A stretch of 63,739 nt of DNA, filler included, from Choristocarpus tenellus KU-1152 (Eukaryota > Protista > Phaeophyceae): assembly GCA_964200185.2 (NCBI GenBank). It is 8 parts of 8 records of this genome, joined end to end, with 100 filler letters (N's around TTAATTAATTAA, not from the genome) between each part and the next. Parts side by side here need not be neighbours in the genome. Positions count along the whole stretch, not along the records: positions 33,776 to 40,777 come from CAXNAD020006886.1; positions 40,878 to 44,983 come from CAXNAD020016174.1; positions 45,084 to 50,646 come from CAXNAD020010412.1; positions 50,747 to 53,895 come from CAXNAD020021958.1; 4 more parts are not named here. One strand, written 5' to 3'. Position numbers and translations under genes: made by a program. The notes beneath the pieces are model-generated. The model was not told where the DNA came from and did no database searches. It saw only the letters and a list, made by a program, of their open reading frames with translations. Shown in pieces: positions 39,664 to 51,170 of this stretch. Position 1 is the stretch's first letter. Each line of letters begins with the position of its first letter.

Positions 39664-40757
39664 AAAGAGTTCTCACCATCGTCTCGTAGGTAACACAGAG
39701 TAGATATATGACCCCTGAACCATCTATGTCAACATCACGGAACCTCCCCCTGCATGATAGCACCCCCACTCGTGGATAGGATGAACCCGGTGCCTTGGGC
39801 GAATTTGGCATCGGATTTGTCTCCAAGTCTGAGTTGTCATGAGAAGCGTGCAGGTATCCCAATAAGGGATTGCCGGTTGGATCCTGAAGTGAACCCCTGG
39901 TGAACTTGTCGTCCAGGTCATTGTGGTGAAGGTCTGTGAAGTCAGGGATTAGTATAGCCAGAAGGGGGACGAAATGGGGACCTGGTTGTGCGTCCTAAAA
40001 TGCCACGGTGATATTTGTTGATATTGGGGATGGTTAATAAGGGACGAACGAGAGGATGTTCGCGTAAGACGGTATTGTAATGGTGGAGATGTGTTGTTCG
40101 TAGTGGTTCACAAGAACCATAAAAAAAATGCAGATACGTTTCTAAAGGGTTAGAAAGAGACAAAAGGCAATCATCTAGTTCGAACATTGTATAAATTCTT
40201 TGAAAGTCATGACGTGTGGTAGTAAAAGAAAGAGCAAAGTACACACAATTATACTCAGAACAGGTGCTTTTTTAATTATTATTTCAACATTCCTGAAAAT
40301 GTTGTTATAGACCAACGAACAATTTTGTGTATGAGAATATAATATTGTTCCGTAGTAATTAGCGCTTAGAACAAAACTAGCGTGGCTCACCCTGTCTGTC
40401 CGGGACATGTGAACTGTGGGCACTCCATCAACGAAGCTGGCACTCAACACCTCGAAGTCTTCAAGGACAAAGACCACCTTATCGCCAGCACTGAAGATCT
40501 CTCTCCATAGCTGGAATGGTCCCTAGCATTCTACTGAACCGTGTCCTTACAATGCACAGTGAACGGTAAGAAGTCTAGCCCATTGTACTCTGATGGCTCT
40601 GTTCGCACAGTGAATATATTCCCCACGGCGAGCTGCTCCTTCTTCCTGGAGAGGTGACTCCTCTGGTACATGTCACCTACCCGATCCTCTGGAGAAAATC
40701 CAAGATCTATCTCCTTCAGGGTGGGCACATGTGTTTGTTGCCACTTGCAGTTGGCAA
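39662..40757 (-). pseudogene. Coding-like fragments of unknown identity
   Basis: Protein-like frames at 40531-40757, 40390-40523 and 39662-39940 that are not in a single frame. Confidence 0.3.
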
Positions 40758-40777
40758 GGCTCAAAGTATCTGGGGGG
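40758..40777. mobile_element. MITE family B, 5' TIR at contig end
   Basis: ggctcaaagtatctgggggg. Confidence 0.7.
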
Positions 40778-40877
40778 NNNNNNNNNNNNNNNNNNNNNNN
40801 NNNNNNNNNNNNNNNNNNNNNTTAATTAATTAANNNNNNNNNNNNNNNNNNNNNNNNNNNNNNNNNNNNNNNNNNNN
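40778..40877. other. Artificial contig spacer
   Basis: N44-TTAATTAATTAA-N44. Confidence 0.97.
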
Positions 40878-41028
40878 GTCTACACCAAGGTGTCCATTTG
40901 TACCAAAATCAGGAAAAGTTCATTTACAGTATCCATCTGATGTATGCAACCAAATCACCTAAAAATCGCGACATGGAAAAATTGACCCCAAGTGGACAGC
41001 TGCCACCCCCTCTCAGATACTTTGAGCC
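40878..41028. mobile_element. MITE family B, body and 3' TIR at contig start
   Basis: Collinear with 6420-6575. Confidence 0.85.
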
Positions 41029-41544
41029 AGTGCTAGTTGGTACTGCTATAGTTACAAGAAGAAAGTGCTCACACAGACAGGCCACAAGGGTGAATAGGAA
41101 CTGAGGTGATTGACCACAAGCACACCCAAGCCTTTTATTGGTTCTGGCAGACAAACACACTCTCGCTTCTCAATGTTCCTCAAAGGGAGGTAAGCTTCAT
41201 TTCGGGCATAAGAAATGGGTTGCCAAGCAGAATACTAAAATGGGTCTAATTAAACTCCCCTATGAGATAGGACAACTTAGTAAAGTAACCACATCGTGTG
41301 TTGAAGAGATTTACCTCACATGGGAGCCCGGACAATGATGCATGAATGTCCTATCTTGTTGATATGTGTGATAATATGCGTGCTCATATTATTTAACCTC
41401 CAAGCATCAAACATAGTTCCAGCACCAATTGGGTAAGAGAGCTCTGAACAATGCCTCAAGTTTGTTGGACTACGAGTCAATTCTACTGACCGACCTATAC
41501 ACGCAGTTTCTGTTATTCTATCTGAATACCAGGGAAAAGCTTAC

Positions 41545-42892
41545 CTCGCCTTTGCTGGCTTCCTGCCTTTCCCCCTTGCGTTTTTTCCTTTTCGTGTTTT
41601 TGTGGTCCTCTGGAGGATCATCCTGTCGACCTGATTCTGCGCCTCTGTCTTGCTCCTTTTTCAAAAGCTTGCATCTGACTTTCTGCCTCCCTATTCTTTT
41701 TGCTGCTTTTCTTGATGTCCTGCGACTATCTTGGTATTGATGCTTCGATGAGCACTTCTGCTGTAGTTGATGCGTATTGCCGTTACCCCTGGGGACAGGG
41801 ACGTGTCGAAAGATACGCAATTACCTGTCTTAACGAGCAACCTGCACTATGAACATAGTGGGTGTGAATCTAGTTGGGATGGTCCTCGTATTTTGTATGA
41901 GATGCTTGATCTGATTGTGTGGGGGGAGTGTAGCACTGCATCAGTTGGATACTCACTTAGGGTTAGTGACTACTTGATGTTTCCATCCCTGCCGATGCTT
42001 TGTATAGAGTCGTGCATGCAACGTATCAATTTCGACTGGCCTTAGTAGGCCGTGAGCTACAACATGCCAAAGTTAGCTATTTCCTTTCCATAGTGATGGT
42101 AGACTTGAGGAACGGATTGCCCCACTTCTTCAATCAAATGACTCATAGCCATCTCTTCTCTGGCGCGTTGGGTTGTTGAGAATATAATAGGGTCATTGAT
42201 TGGTCGAACTAAGGAGTACAGGAATATAGTTTTGTGACACCTCACGTTCCACTGCCAAAGGGATATATGTCAGGCATTGAAATCCTTGCATCAAGTTAAA
42301 TACTAGACAAAGATGTGGCTCTATCGAGCCTATTTGTTTGATAACTGGGGTTTCACTCCTTAGAGCATGCTCACCCTCTATGTCGCCAAGGGCTTTTTCT
42401 TCCTTCACTTTCGAAGCTGTACGTTCTCTTTCGTCTGACCTGACGCTTTCCATGATAATCCTTCCTACTGCATCGAATCGGATGAGATCGGGATCCTGAA
42501 TTTTTCCTGTTGTGCCTCCGACCACCCTCCCAAGACTGAGGCTCTGACGTGTCACTAGAACTAGAATCTGAGCTCGAGAGGGGCGTCGACGATGACGTAG
42601 AGCTACTTCGAGATAACACCGAGTAAGAAGATCTCAAAGTCGATGATGATACCGAAGACGAGGAGGAGATAGTGCTGGATACCGAGGATCGTGATGAAGT
42701 ACAAGATGTAGAGGTTGGCAAAAGGGTTTGACTTCCATGCACCTCTTCTCCTGGGATGTAAACCTTTTTGGGGGAAAATGTGTTCTCCCGGTTGTCTCTA
42801 ACCCCATGAGGGCACCATCGCTCCTTGCCTACATTATACCGTGTGCTACCTCGTCCTCGCTCATGACTTGGGGATACAAGACGCGATGCCAT
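41545..42892 (-). CDS. Partial Ser-rich / Arg-Lys-rich low-complexity protein
   Basis: ATG at 42892, poly-Ser block, basic exon 41545-41820 ending at a gtaag donor. Confidence 0.5.
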
Positions 42893-43070
42893 TACACTTT
42901 CAATTAGAGCTCTATTAGTTGGGATTTCATTGCGTTGTGCCTTCCCGCCTTAACATTTCTTGTGTTTTGATGGCAGTTACACTATTTCCCTTTAGATAGA
43001 AGCAATTTCCAATTTGACCATTTTGGGCTGAGGTTATGAGGCAAGACGAAGTTTGGAGACGTAAACCGCA

Positions 43071-44552
43071 ATGCGTGGTGGCATTCGATTGCCCCTTTCC
43101 AGTTCCGACGAATCCTCTACCGATAGCAGTGATGAAAGCCTAGGGTTGGAGTCAGGATGGTTTAAGGGGGCATCTCGTGAGGGATATGGTAAAGAAAACG
43201 TGCCAACCCTGAAGCGGGCACTTCGGGCGTCCAGGGCTCGGGCGTCAGCTTCCTTAGCCAAAACTACCAGGTGCGTGGCAGAATCCTGCTATAGAATTGA
43301 GTTAGTTTGGTTGGATCGGGGTCCTGGTCTCCTCGAGATGGGCAAAAGCGTCAAATACTGTGAATTCTGTTGGGTTGGCCACAGATGATCAACTATCTAA
43401 CAGAACTGGACACCTTGTTGCACCGAATATCGATCTGGGAGTGGGTGGTATATATCAACAATGGGTTTCAATACCGCCTCACTCTGTCCGGGGAGTGAGG
43501 GAGAGGAGCGGAGGACTTCCAGGGAGTCCTGTATTCCTGACTTGGAGGGCTTCCCTTTGGATCATCATGAGCCTCGGGTCGCGACAGACCTTTCCCTCTC
43601 CCTTGGCAGATATCATAATCTCAGGGTAACCTCTCTCTCTCTCTCTTTCGCTCACACACTCACACGTGTACGCACATGCTATGCACCCCGGTGTCTCGAC
43701 ACGGAAATCTTTCTACCCTGCCCATCCAGCCTCCAGGAAGAGGTGGAGCGCCTGAGAGAGTCCAATCGGGTGTTAGAATCCAGAAGTCGGCAAGGAGACC
43801 AGTTGGAAAGTAAGCTTGGCAAGGCTGAGGTGAATTATATTTTTATTATGTATGGCGGTTGGAGGATGACTGTGGAGCGTGAGCAAAACCATTGCATTCA
43901 TACGCCTCGTTTTCCTCCCATTTTGGATAGGTCAAGAGTAGGCAACATTCAGAGCTCATAACTGAAATTAGAAAGGAGATTGGTAGAGTTCCATTGAATC
44001 TGTCGCTAGGTATCGTCCATATGAAAGTACTCCTGTCACTTTCAGCCTCTTTCTGTGTTGTGCGATTTTTTTTAGTTGGTTGAAATGGCAAAGGTGGGTT
44101 GGAAGGGGAGGGGAGTTCTTCGAAAGATTTGTACAATATGACCCATCTTATCATTGCCGACAACACAGTTCGTTTTTTTCAGAGCTCATTAAACTCGTCA
44201 TTTATGGGCTGAGATTAAATCAGCTGCACCTTCTTACACCTAGCCAAGCACACGAACTGGAGGTATGGAAGTCACACAACGTTTTTCTCCAATTCCATTT
44301 GATGTGGAGTGTCCCCCCTCCCCCCGATAGAAAAAAACGCCTCCCGAATCACACTCTTCACTTCAACAGCTGCGAATCCGTGAGTTGGAGTATGAAAAGA
44401 GGCGTGCTTGTAAGGATATGGAGGGTGTCTGCAAGAGGGCAGAGGAGGCCGAGGTAAGCTCCAAGCGCTCACTCTCTGACCTACGGGGCATGCTTGGGAC
44501 GCTGCAAGACAAGTTTCTGGAACAATCCAAAAACTGCATGGGGCACACCAAG
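43071..44552 (+). CDS. Partial coiled-coil protein (5' exons)
   Basis: Exons about 43071-43270, 43730-43829, 44370-44552: LQEEVERLRESNRVLE..., LRIRELEYEKRRACKDME... Confidence 0.6.
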
Positions 44553-44689
44553 GTATGAGTGTAGAAGCAGGTCCCCTGCCAGCCCTTCAAGGGAAAACAT
44601 TAGCACTCCATTGTGTGACAGTACTCCTCCTCTGCTGCACTTCCCCCCGCCCCTCTCCCTCTGTCCTCTGTGTAGCAATGATTGCACTT

Positions 44690-44791
44690 ACCTGGGTTAA
44701 GATCAATATATCATAGCTTCGTTCCACCTGCCCTGAACATACCTGGGTCAAGATCAATATATCATAGCTCCATTCCACCTGCCCTGAACAT
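44690..44791. repeat. 51-bp tandem duplication
   Basis: acctgggt(t/c)aagatcaatatatcatagct...ccacctgccctgaacat x2. Confidence 0.9.
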
Positions 44792-44983
44792 TAGAAAGGT
44801 TCAGTAGTTCTCCAAGCACGGTCAGGGTTAGGGTTCTTACGGACATCATGCACGATGTGACATGGGCACCATCATAGTATTCAGATCGGCCCTTTCATCC
44901 CTGCTCCCCCCCGCCTGCCCCCTCATTACCCCGTCACGGAAACAGTAGTTAGATATGTGAAAAAGTGGTGTGAGAGAGGGAGG

Positions 44984-45083
44984 NNNNNNNNNNNNNNNNN
45001 NNNNNNNNNNNNNNNNNNNNNNNNNNNTTAATTAATTAANNNNNNNNNNNNNNNNNNNNNNNNNNNNNNNNNNNNNNNNNNNN
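44984..45083. other. Artificial contig spacer
   Basis: N44-TTAATTAATTAA-N44. Confidence 0.97.
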
Positions 45084-45240
45084 GAGGGAGCTTTTAATTG
45101 AGGATGGGCTTGACCTAAAATTGACTGGGATAAAGTGTCGATGTGTTTTTTGTTTTTTAAGCACAATAAAAAAAACACATATCGAGACTTTATCCCAGAC
45201 AATTTTAGGTCAAGCCCATCCTCAATGAAAAGCTCCATCC
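45084..45240. mobile_element. Fold-back (hairpin) element, arms about 68 bp
   Basis: ggagcttttaattgaggatgggcttgacctaaaattgactgggataaagtgtcgat... / ...atcgagactttatcccagacaattttaggtcaagcccatcctcaatgaaaagctcc. Confidence 0.8.
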
Positions 45241-46315
45241 TCAATTTTTGAAATCGGCTGTTCCTTATAGATTCTTGGGATTCTTCCCTCGCTCCTCGTC
45301 CACCTTCGAAAAATTAATAGTTGTAATGTGAACGTTGATTTGTAGTGTGAACAATATCGGTTCGTACAACATCTAGGAGATGGGAACAAAATCTCCTACA
45401 ATTTGTTTCCCATTCTTGTTTTTCATGTATTATTATATTTTGAGTTATTTTGGGTCTAACGCCTATGCTCGGTACTTGGCGGTTGAGCAATCTCTCGAGA
45501 CGCGTTACACATTGCTTTGTAGTGAACAACCTTCCAAAGGAGGAAGCACTGTTGTATTGTATTGCCAGTTTCCAAAGAGTAAATATATTTTAGATTGATT
45601 GGTGTTTACCATTATTTGACAATTGTTTTATTTAGAGTATTAAATAGTAGTCCTGTTGAACAGGTGGAAACAGGAAAACAGGTTCTTCAGACTAAAGGGG
45701 AGTGGAATGACTCACAACAGGATATTTTATTATTATGCCCTCACAGGATTGTTGGGAGGGAGAGAGGCAAGGCAGGAGGGTGAGCAACCCTCACAAGGTC
45801 ACTCAGGAAAGGAGTGAACAAGGAAGTGTGAATGAGGGGGGTTGTAAAATCCTCTCAAAACAAACCGATATTGACGTCATCAGGAAGCTAAATGGTTACG
45901 TCATAGGAGGAAACAGACCTTAAGGTGTATCTTCTAGTGGCAGCGCAGTCCTTGTAATATAGTTTTGCTTTTCCCTGATACTTCGAGGGCAAAGATATAT
46001 ATACATATATATACACATTTGAGGGCATATTATATATTGTGAATCACGACAACACTACTGCTACTACTCTAGTTCAATTTGGTTCACAGTTCGATTAATC
46101 GGAATGACTGAATAATCGACATGAAAAAGTTGGGAATCTCTATCTCGATTTTTCATCAAAATATAATAACCAGAAGAAGCTGAAAAAGTGAAGGTGTCAG
46201 AGATCTCAACTCTGTATTATTACACCTTTCTTTGACTACTAATAATACTACTATTCATGGAGACAGATCTCTCCATGATGCGATCTGTCGAGGGTTTGGA
46301 GTTTTGATCTAAACA

Positions 46316-46555
46316 AATTGAGAGGCAGGCAGGTTTGGACCCTTTTTGTATTCCTAGTCATCTTTCTTAACCTATTATTCTGTATTACACCATGTTTCAT
46401 TGCTTTATGTGGACAACAGCGTATGCAAGGTTGATATTGCCCTCCTAAACAAAGAGAGGGACAACAGAGTTCAAAGGATCTTTCTCCAATTATTGTACAA
46501 AACAGCACATTTTTACCTTTTCTTGAGACTGTCAAAATGCAACCCTCTCAGTTCG
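46316..46555 (+). repeat. Dispersed repeat family C, subtype B
   Basis: Collinear with the reverse complement of 36805-37050. Confidence 0.7.
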
Positions 46556-46830
46556 TTTGGTTGAACTCTTTTCGTTGCGAAGGCAGTACTTACTGATCTG
46601 GGCGAGCGTTCGAGCCCGCTATCTCGTGTGTCTACAGTTCAATTTGATCCAATTTGATTTAGTCGAAATTTTCTGTCCCGATATAATCGTAGCGGAAGTT
46701 TCATTCATTTCACAACAGTACACATTATTTCATTTTGAAAACCAACCAGAACACCCTTCAATCTTGGATGACACTACTGTAAAGAACATGAGAGGGAATC
46801 GAGGAGAGTGAAGAAATCCAACTGCTCACT

Positions 46831-49253
46831 ATGCGGTTCCGAGATGCCGTGCTTTTAGCGTGTTTTCTCTACTACTTCTTCGATACTACCAATGCTTCTG
46901 CTGGAGACCGTAGTCCATGGTACCGTCGTTGCGTGGAAAGGTGTGTGTGTTTGGTCGATTGTTGGTAGGTGATCACGAATTGCAGTTTGCTTTAAGATCC
47001 TGAACAAATTTTGGATGACGATCCCTTTAAACAACTGATGTGCATGAGAGAATGCCGCCTTGTGTTTCTGGTATGTGCTTCAATTGGAAGGGACTTCAAA
47101 TTTGCCAGCACTTCCTTTGTTAGCAATATCACACGTGCAAGACCGACTCGTCCCCAGGTGCATCGAAAAATCATGTGGCCAGTTTGACCGAGAAAGTACT
47201 GCAATGGAGGCGAATAATGGGAAGTTAACAACAGAGGACCAGAAAGAGAGAAGCGACCAGAACACGGCATCATGGTATCTGAGGCTGCTGGGGTGGGGGT
47301 GTGAATCGGAGTGTGGGTACAAATGCATGTCCCAACACGTCGAATTGCGTATCTTGAGAGGTCAATCAGTCCAACAGTACCACGGAAAATGGCCTTTCAG
47401 GTGGGGCATGAAAACTAGTCCGATGTTTTGTAATTGGGACTTGTTTGAGGAGTATTGTGACCAAGGATATTAGATATACGTGTGCCACGGTCGCCAATTT
47501 CACTCGCTGAATGGGTTTATTGACAAATAAAAAAGAGCTTATTTGTCAAGCGTCGCCCTTAAAAAGGTGTGGTCAGAGGAAACACACTTAGTGCCACCCT
47601 CAATGTCATTGACTGTAGCTTTTTTATACTACATGGATTCGACATTCTAGGGTCGACTCGGTTTGTGATCCCTTAACGCAAGACCCAGTAGGTTGGTTCT
47701 CGCTTGCTTTCACTACACTACATTTTGCTGTTGGGATAGTATTGGCTACAAAACGCTTTCTGACTACTCCTGGTAGAGACAATGTTCAAATCTATCTCCT
47801 CGAGATTTTGAACTCGGGTTGATCACTCTCTCAAACGCAACTTTTGTGCAACCAGGAGAGTTTGGGGTATTCAAGAGCTCTTTGCTTCCTTGTTTTCTCT
47901 CGGAAATGGACTACCTCACCTCTACCATGCTCTTAGGTCACAAGGTATGTTTTTATTTGGCCACCCACCTAGTGTCCGTATGAGGTATGAGTGTGTGTGT
48001 GTGTGTGTGTGTTTGTGAGTGTGTGTGTGAGTGTGAGTATGTAAGGTGCGATGTGTCCTTCCAGCAGTATCTGTTCGCGTTTTTTTTATTTTGTCTTGTG
48101 TCTTGTGTCGTGTTCTCTGGTTGCGGCCTTGTAGAGAGTTTCGAAGTTGTGAATAGGGATATGGTCCGGCACATTCAAGAGTCAACTGCTTAACTCCTGG
48201 TTTAGTGGAAGAGACAGGTCAATCACAAACATGAGTACTCTCCACCCAGAAGTAGTGGTCTCGATCTATTTGCTAGGTGCACGTATGTCGCTTGCAAGAG
48301 GGTGCTTGATATGGAGCAAAGATGCTAGAGTGTTCTTGGAATGGGACAATAGCCCTCTGAAGTTGAGTGAAAGCTGCCAAAACTTGAGGCACAGCCGATT
48401 GGAGACAGCGAAGACAGGACATGTAAGCAGAGATCACAGTGAGCTATGAGGGGCCATTCCAACATTGAGCGTGAGGGAAGAGAACATTTCACAGACGATA
48501 ATGCTTTTCAGCAGCACGATTTTGCAAATGAGATAGCCTGCATGTCACATATTGTGCCGGTAGGTTGGATGCATTCATACTTGCAACCCTGCTTATCCCT
48601 TAATTCCATTAATATATATATATATATATTGGCATCACGCCACAGTAGATGCGTGCCAGCACGAGGCTACCCAAATGCAGCATGGCGGCCGTGGTAGCAA
48701 GAGACCCCGCACGCTAAAATTGCAGATAGTAACTGTCAAGTGATGCTCCTGGCAGGTGGTGGAGGGGAGGGGGTGGCTGTATGGTGCAAGTTAGATGTTC
48801 TAAGGGTTTCCACCTGCAGCATTCCAATGTCCTTGAGGTGGATGCTTGGTGGCAGGTGGTGCTTGGCTCAAAACCAGGTTAAGATTGAGTTTAGTGTTTT
48901 GGAGTATTTTGTAGAACGCAGTGCGATCCTTTTGCCCTGTGGCGCTACGTGTCTGTTGTGGTTCTAAAGCCGGAAGGGGTGGGGGGAGATGGGAGGGGAG
49001 GGGGGGGAGAGGAGGGGTGGCAGTCCGTAATCCTAGCTCGTGGATCTCCTTGGTGTTGTGAATCACAGCGGGTGCAGGAGATGAGAAGAGTAAAGAGACA
49101 TGGAAATCAAAGGGCTGCATATATATTTTTCTTTCTATATGTTTTGGCCCCAGTGGGGTGTGTGCTACACATGGGAAATTGGGTGTACCATTATTTTGTA
49201 GGGTAGTAGCCTGTCATTGGGCAAAGCCTCGCTGGTGCATTGATCAAGAAAGT

Positions 49254-49292
<39 letters not shown>

Positions 49293-50466
49293 CACTTGGG
49301 TGTGTGTCATTGTTCTTTACTTTTTCCTCCGGGTGGTGTCATCTTCTCCTTTTCCACAGTGCCTCTTTTGTTGTTTGAGAATACAAGCCTGGGAGAAGAT
49401 GAAAGGGGAGGGTATATACTGCATTTAATCCAAAATCACTGACTGAATCCATAACCCTAGCTATAGGTTCAATCCACAAGCCCTCTTAAGGTTCTCTATT
49501 TCATTTGTTTGACCTGATTCGATCTTACACTCCCCATACCACACTTCCCATACCACACTCCCCCTACTACACTCCCCATACCTTTTGATTTGCAACACCA
49601 TACCATAGTTCATCCTCTCTGGATAGTAATTCCAAGACCCCTCCTCCCTTCTGACCCACTACCTTTCCCCTCTCTCTCTCCCAATTGCCCTTCCCCACCG
49701 CTGCGATGCCATCCGCGCTGTACATTTGACTCCTGTGGATGTGTCCCCTAGTTTACCATTTCCACTTTTTTCTTCTGAATCCCTACTCCCGATATCCCCT
49801 TCATACCTCCCTCCTCTACTCACGCTCTTACTCCTACCTCAGGAGAGTAATATCGTATCTTTTTTCTTGCAGTGTGTAACTGTAATTGTAACTGTAACCG
49901 TATTTTTTTCTTGTAGCGTGTAAGTGTAATTGTAACTGTAACCGTATTTTTTTCTTGTAGTGTGTAACTGTAACTGTATTTTTTATTGTAGTGTGTAACT
50001 GTAATGGTAACTGTAACTGTAACTGTATTTTTTATTGTAGTGTGTAACTGTAACTGTAACCGTAACCATAACTGTATTTTTTTCTTGTAGTGTCTAACTG
50101 TAATTGTAACCGTAGCTGTAACCGTAACCGTAATTTTCTTTTTCTTTTCCCTTACCTACTTCTCAAATCTCCTGACGTATCTCTCTCCCTTCCTGGACTG
50201 TAATATGGCATTCATCTACTGCCACCGAGTAGCTCTGTTAATGTGCACTGCATAACAACAAACCCATGTATGTATATATATATATGTATATATATTCCCA
50301 TTGATACGGACGTTTGTGAAGGACTCTTCAACCCTCCAGGACACTACATGTCAATGTGGATGACCTGGTACACTGTGGTGGGCATCAACACTTGGCTGTG
50401 GTCTGCAGTATTCCATGCCCGTGATGTGAGGTGGACAGAGGCTGCTGACTACTTCTGCGCCCTCCT
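46831..50466 (+). CDS. PGAP3: Post-GPI attachment to proteins factor 3 (Per1-like), 5' part
   Basis: Exons 46831-46940, 47158-47400, 47856-47944, 50322-50466: signal peptide, ASAGDRSP, C-x3-C-x3-C, YHGKWPF, GIQE, WSAVFHARD...TEAADY. Confidence 0.92.
49530..49582. repeat. About 14-bp tandem repeat x4
   Basis: acactccccatacc. Confidence 0.8.
49856..50135. repeat. Intronic minisatellite, 6 units of tatttttt(c)ttgtagtgt(gtaact)n
   Basis: Direct reading. Confidence 0.9.
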
Positions 50467-50537
50467 GTAAGAGCCACTCCCCTCTGCAGTAGACCCCATA
50501 GAGCCCATGCCCTTCCCCTCCCCACTCCTGGACAAGT

Positions 50538-50646
50538 GACCCAAAGTGTCTGGGGGAGGGGGCGGGGGGGGGGGGGGGGGGGGGTTCCCAACCCAGGGGG
50601 GCGCCTTTCGGCCAACACCAGGAAAAAAACAAAAAACCCACACACA
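50538..50646. mobile_element. MITE family B, 5' part with poly-G and degraded sequence at contig end
   Basis: gacccaaagtgtctggggg, then a noisy version of the family B body. Confidence 0.65.
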
Positions 50647-50746
50647 NNNNNNNNNNNNNNNNNNNNNNNNNNNNNNNNNNNNNNNNNNNNTTAATTAATT
50701 AANNNNNNNNNNNNNNNNNNNNNNNNNNNNNNNNNNNNNNNNNNNN
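50647..50746. other. Artificial contig spacer
   Basis: N44-TTAATTAATTAA-N44. Confidence 0.97.
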
Positions 50747-50759
50747 CCCCCTCACAGAT

Positions 50760-51170
50760 ACTCTGGGTCTGGAAGGGACTGCAATATGTAGTGCACCACG
50801 TTGCAAACTCCATCAATATGGGTTGTACTATCACACTGGAGGAGAAACAGACTGTAAAGGGGCTCATCGGTTATGAGGTCTCGGACTGGGTCAACGATCC
50901 TGTATTGAGACAGAGCGTCACGGGATGCCTACTGTTTTCGATGGAATACCGATTGCTTGGAAGTTGTGATTACAAGGAGCAATAACCCTATCCAGCTTAG
51001 AAGCAGAGTGGACACCAATTGCGTAAGAGATGAGACACGCGATTTTTATCAGAGGAATCCTGGGAGAGGTTAGTGTAACAAAAGGAGTTACGACTCGGTA
51101 TGGGGATAACTGAGGGGTGATACAGGCAGGGACAACTACACCATAATGTAGCCACACCAATCTCAAGCAA
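50760..51170 (+). mobile_element. Ty1/Copia retrotransposon RNase H remnant
   Basis: LIGYEVSDWVNDPVLRQSVTG, then after a frameshift GIPIAWKL*LQGAITLSSLEAEW...IFIRGILGEV...YGDN*GVIQ. Confidence 0.85.

Noticed and set aside
40758-41028. Apparent single MITE B spanning the spacer, suggesting true contig adjacency
   Set aside because: The flanks (caa vs agt) do not form a TSD; more likely two independent copies broken at the G-run
49856-50135. CRISPR-like array (also 5238-5482, 44690-44791, 63338-63440)
   Set aside because: No unique spacers and no cas genes; these are ordinary tandem repeats
50555-50646. Pro/Gly-rich ORFs at contig ends (also 8840-8885 and 53996-54085)
   Set aside because: Homopolymer-rich, probably low-quality sequence next to assembly breaks
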